From Candidatus Eiseniibacteriota bacterium (GTDB lineage: Bacteria; Eisenbacteria; RBG-16-71-46; CAIMUX01; VGJL01), in contig CAWBWI010000003.1 in the NCBI GenBank assembly GCA_963792585.1, forward strand, positions 1,248,001 to 1,312,000: a stretch of 64,000 nucleotides of DNA. The letters are read 5' to 3'. Position 1 is the stretch's first letter, and each line of letters opens with the position of its first letter. Under the pieces are notes generated by a model, which did no database searches, was not told where the DNA came from, and saw nothing but the letters and a program-made list of their open reading frames with translations. This document shows positions 59,209 to 64,000 of this stretch, piece by piece. The position numbers were made by a program, and so were the translations under genes.

Positions 59209-59670
59209 ATGACAGGAGCGAAGACGGTCGCGAGCTCCCGGATCGACAGGAGGGTCGCCCGACTCAATGCACTCTGGGTGACCCTCGCATCGGGGGCGTT
59301 TCTGATCCTCGGGTGGTGGTGGATCCTGCTATTCCTCTTCCTCGACTTTCTTCTGCGCGGTTTCCTTCGGGGTCGAATGAGCCCGTTCGCCGCTCTCAGC
59401 CGACGCGTCGTCGCGTCCTTCCAATCCCCTCCGCAACTCCAGTGGGCGGCCTCCAAGATCTTCGCAGCCAAGCTCGGCTGCGTCTTCTCGCTCGTGGCGT
59501 TTCTGGTCAGCATGGCCGGGGCCGACACGGCGTCGAGAATTCTCGCGGGATGCCTCCTTCTCCTTGCCAGCCTGGAGGCGTTCGCCGGCTACTGCGTGGG
59601 CTGCCAGATCCACTCCACCCTCTACCGGGTCGGCGCGCTCCGGGACGCCGGACCGGGGAAACGGGAATGA
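59209..59670 (+). CDS. DUF4395-family membrane protein
   Basis: ID..VARLNA, DFLLRGF, KIFAAKLG, LEAFAGYCVGCQI. Confidence 0.85.
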   Translation: MTGAKTVASSRIDRRVARLNALWVTLASGAFLILGWWWILLFLFLDFLLRGFLRGRMSPFAALSRRVVASFQSPPQLQWAASKIFAAKLGCVFSLVAFLVSMAGADTASRILAGCLLLLASLEAFAGYCVGCQIHSTLYRVGALRDAGPGKRE

Positions 59671-59836
59671 CGTCGCGTCTGTCGCGCGGAAACTAGGTCC
59701 TCGTCTCCAATCCCGACATCGCCCGCCTCCCGATTGCGCGGTATGCGTAGTCGCAACCGCGCCCCCGTCGCTTGCTTCCTTGGACCGAATCCAAGATAAT
59801 TGGGCGCGGTTCGATCCAACACCCCGGGAGGCATCC

Positions 59837-61672
59837 ATGACGCGTATCACCCTGCTCGCAATCCGCGCGGCCGTTGTGGCCTTGTTCGTCGCTGGCGGCA
59901 CCGCTCAGGCGGCTCCGGACAAGGTCTACTTCACCGAGTACAAGTACAACGACCCGAAGATCAAATCGATCAACCTGGATGGGACGGGGCTTCAGGATCT
60001 GTTCGCGCCTCCGTCCGGCGAGTGGCTGCCGGTAGGTTGCGACTACGACGCGGCGAGCGACAAGTTCTACTGGAGTCAGGGGAACACCCCGGGCACGATC
60101 CGCCGGGCGAATCTCGACGGCAGCGGCATGCAGCTACTCCTCTCGGGGCTCAAGATCCCGCGCGGGATGTCGATCGACGTGGACCACGGAAAGATGTACT
60201 GGGTGCAATCCCCGCCCGCCGGGAACGCAACCGGGCTGCTCAAGCGGGCCAATCTCGACGGCACGTCGGTCGAGACGGTCTACGCGGAGAATCCCTACGA
60301 CCCTGTGCTGTCGTACGTCGGAAAGCCGACGGTCGACCCCGCGAACGGGTACGTCTACTTCAACGCGGGCGGAGAGATCCGCCGGGTGAGACTCGACGGC
60401 ACCGGAACGGTGCAGACGGTGGTTCGAGGCGTGACAACCGTTGCGGCGATCGCCCTCGATGTGGCGAACGATCTCGTCTACTTCGCCGACGCCAACACGA
60501 ACTCCGACTACATCGGACGGGCGAGGCTTGACGACTCGGATTTTGCGGTCCTCTATGACAACACGCCGGGAGTCGCCGGTACCTCGGGCCTCTTCGACAT
60601 GAAGATCGATCTCGAGGGGGGGAGGATCTACTGGACCGACGAGCTGGCGAAGACGGTGCGGCGAATCCATCTGGACGGCTCGGGGCCGGAGACGATCTAC
60701 GTGGCCTCCCCCGACCTCGCGCCGACCGCCCTCACGCTCAACACCGATCCCCTCCAGCCGATCCAGGACTGCAACGGGAACTCCGTGCGGGATCTCGACG
60801 ACATCGGAAACGGGACGAGCCAGGACTGCAACGCCAACGGGATCCCCGACGAGTGCGAGTCGAACCCTTGCGTGCCGGTCGTCTATGCGATCAACAACGG
60901 AAGCGACCCGACCGGGCATCGGACCGTGAGCGGCGATCCGTCGACGGGGTTCGAGGTGTTCCAGCCGTTCGACCTCACCGCACCGCTCACCGTCACCGGG
61001 ATCGGACTGGACGGTTGGACGACCGTCTACCAGCCCGCCGGATTCACCGCGACGATCTTTCCGGACAACGGCACGAACAGCTTCCCCGATGAAGGCAGCC
61101 CGATGGCCTCCAGCATCTTCCAGTGGAGGTTCAGCCCGAACACGGTCGTCTGGGTCGATCACCCGATCCAGGTGCAGTTGACCGCGGGCCGGTGGTGGGT
61201 GCGGCTGACCGCGAACAGCACCCTCTACACGGCGGCTGCCTGCTACGGGACCAGCGGCCCCGCGTCGCTCTCGCGAAGGCTGAGCAATGGGCAGATCATC
61301 CAGGCATCGCGCTCGATCGCGCTTCGGTTGCGCGGACTGGATCCCGCAGCGGTCGGGGATGCTCCCGCGCGCGGGGTCGCGGCGCGGGTCCATTCGCCCG
61401 AGCCGAATCCCTCGCGAGGGGCCGTCCGCATCCCGATCGATGTCGGCGCGGCGACGCCGATGGAATGCATCATTCTGGATCCGGGCGGCCGCGTGATCCG
61501 ATCGCTGGGATCGGCGACCCTCGAAGGGCCGATGGCCGCCTTCGTGTGGGACGGTCGCGGCCGGGACGGCGCGAGCGCGCCGTCGGGGGTCTACTACGCG
61601 CTGGTGAGGCTTCTGGACCCGACGGGGGCCCCGATTCGGTTGCGGTCCGGTCCCCTGCTCTTGCTGAGGTGA
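59837..61672 (+). CDS. Secreted LDL-receptor class B (YWTD)-like beta-propeller protein with DCNxN repeats and C-terminal FlgD-Ig-like domain
   Basis: Signal peptide; KFYWSQ...IRRANLDGS, KMYWVQ, RIYWTD; DCNGNSVRDLDDI and DCNANGIPDECE; C-terminal PNP...WDGR......PSGVYY. Confidence 0.85.
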   Translation: MTRITLLAIRAAVVALFVAGGTAQAAPDKVYFTEYKYNDPKIKSINLDGTGLQDLFAPPSGEWLPVGCDYDAASDKFYWSQGNTPGTIRRANLDGSGMQLLLSGLKIPRGMSIDVDHGKMYWVQSPPAGNATGLLKRANLDGTSVETVYAENPYDPVLSYVGKPTVDPANGYVYFNAGGEIRRVRLDGTGTVQTVVRGVTTVAAIALDVANDLVYFADANTNSDYIGRARLDDSDFAVLYDNTPGVAGTSGLFDMKIDLEGGRIYWTDELAKTVRRIHLDGSGPETIYVASPDLAPTALTLNTDPLQPIQDCNGNSVRDLDDIGNGTSQDCNANGIPDECESNPCVPVVYAINNGSDPTGHRTVSGDPSTGFEVFQPFDLTAPLTVTGIGLDGWTTVYQPAGFTATIFPDNGTNSFPDEGSPMASSIFQWRFSPNTVVWVDHPIQVQLTAGRWWVRLTANSTLYTAAACYGTSGPASLSRRLSNGQIIQASRSIALRLRGLDPAAVGDAPARGVAARVHSPEPNPSRGAVRIPIDVGAATPMECIILDPGGRVIRSLGSATLEGPMAAFVWDGRGRDGASAPSGVYYALVRLLDPTGAPIRLRSGPLLLLR

Positions 61673-61715
61673 GTGGAGGCGCCGGATCCCTGCGATCTGG
61701 TATCCTCCGCAATCT

Positions 61716-63360
<1,645 letters not shown>

Positions 63361-63394
63361 TCGCGAACAAGCTCGGGCGCTTCGATCCCCGCGA

Positions 63395-64000
63395 TTACCT
63401 TACCCGTACGAAGCGTGCGCTCGATGCCCCGGAGGACGTCTCCATTCGGACGATGTAGACTCCGGACCCGGGCATGCGCGGTAGAGGGACCTCATTGAAT
63501 CCGGGCGGAAGCAGCCGCGTCACGGCCTCCGTCGCCGCGCGCCCCTGGATGTCGAACACCTGCCAGCGGACCTGGGAGGGTCGTTCGAGAGAGAGGCGAA
63601 TCGCGCTATCGTCCCTGACCGGGTTCGGCGCGATCGACATGGTGGGGTGACCCATGGGGGCGCCCTCCGCCAGACCGGCGGGATTCGTGGCGATCGCGTA
63701 GTGAAGGTCGGCCTCGATCGAGCTGCGGTAGGCGGCGTGCAGGTGGGCCGAGCTGTCGAGGACCAGGGAGCACCATTGATCCGTGAAGGTCATCGCCTCG
63801 ATCGCGTCGTGCGTCCAGGCTCCGTTCTCGTAGGCGTCGTAGTTGACGCGACCGTTCCCAAGGTCCCAGCTCAGGACGCTCGGCTCGCCGTTCGGGCGCA
63901 GACGCAGCGAGCTGTAGAGGCCGATCTGGCCTCCGGCCCGCACGATCTGCGTTTGCCAGGTTCCTCCCGCGCCGGAGCGGGATGCGTATTTCAGGTGGGA
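63395..64000 (-). CDS. Secreted repeat protein with C-terminal secretion-type beta domain; 5' end lies beyond the window
   Basis: Repeat GLYSSL...SLVLDSSAHLHAAY...LHYA like the 47159-47971 protein; C-terminal APNP...VFDIQGR...SGVYIVRM. Confidence 0.75.
   Translation of the reverse strand, partial: SHLKYASRSGAGGTWQTQIVRAGGQIGLYSSLRLRPNGEPSVLSWDLGNGRVNYDAYENGAWTHDAIEAMTFTDQWCSLVLDSSAHLHAAYRSSIEADLHYAIATNPAGLAEGAPMGHPTMSIAPNPVRDDSAIRLSLERPSQVRWQVFDIQGRAATEAVTRLLPPGFNEVPLPRMPGSGVYIVRMETSSGASSARFVRVR

Overview
High-GC bacterial window with about 49 protein-coding genes. I found no rRNA, tRNA, CRISPR array or mobile element. The many secreted proteins ending in an FlgD-Ig-like domain or a short [ST]WGx[LV][KR]xxYR tail suggest an FCB-group candidate lineage such as Eisenbacteria, Krumholzibacteria or Latescibacteria (inference). 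Contents in order: partial GH29 alpha-L-fucosidase, Ogt, a peptidase-like/DOMON fusion, a BBE-type FAD oxidoreductase, a GT4+FkbM pair, and a porin / small periplasmic-binding-like protein / MCP operon. Next come a bacteriohemerythrin divergent from a complete chemosensory operon (cheA-cheW-mcp-cheR-cheD-cheY-cheX-cheB-HDOD), with sigma28-like promoters, then an SDR and a DUF438-hemerythrin-PAS gene. A signalling cassette follows: a probably exported TPR-CHAT caspase-like protease divergent from an ECF sigma and a zinc-finger/TM/TPR anti-sigma, flanked by a Cys-rich repeat surface protein and a kinase-STAND-TPR gene. The rest holds YpfJ, an L,D-transpeptidase, proC, a MacAB-like ABC exporter, a Tat-exported intradiol dioxygenase-like protein, PHP, an Eis-like GNAT, TPR and DUF4395 proteins, and a multiply frameshifted ABC-F gene. 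The best candidates for undescribed systems are the CRISPR-free TPR-CHAT/ECF/anti-sigma cassette, the porin-PBP-MCP trans-envelope sensing module, and the two C-terminal sorting signals. All calls come from motif reading only; no database searches were run.
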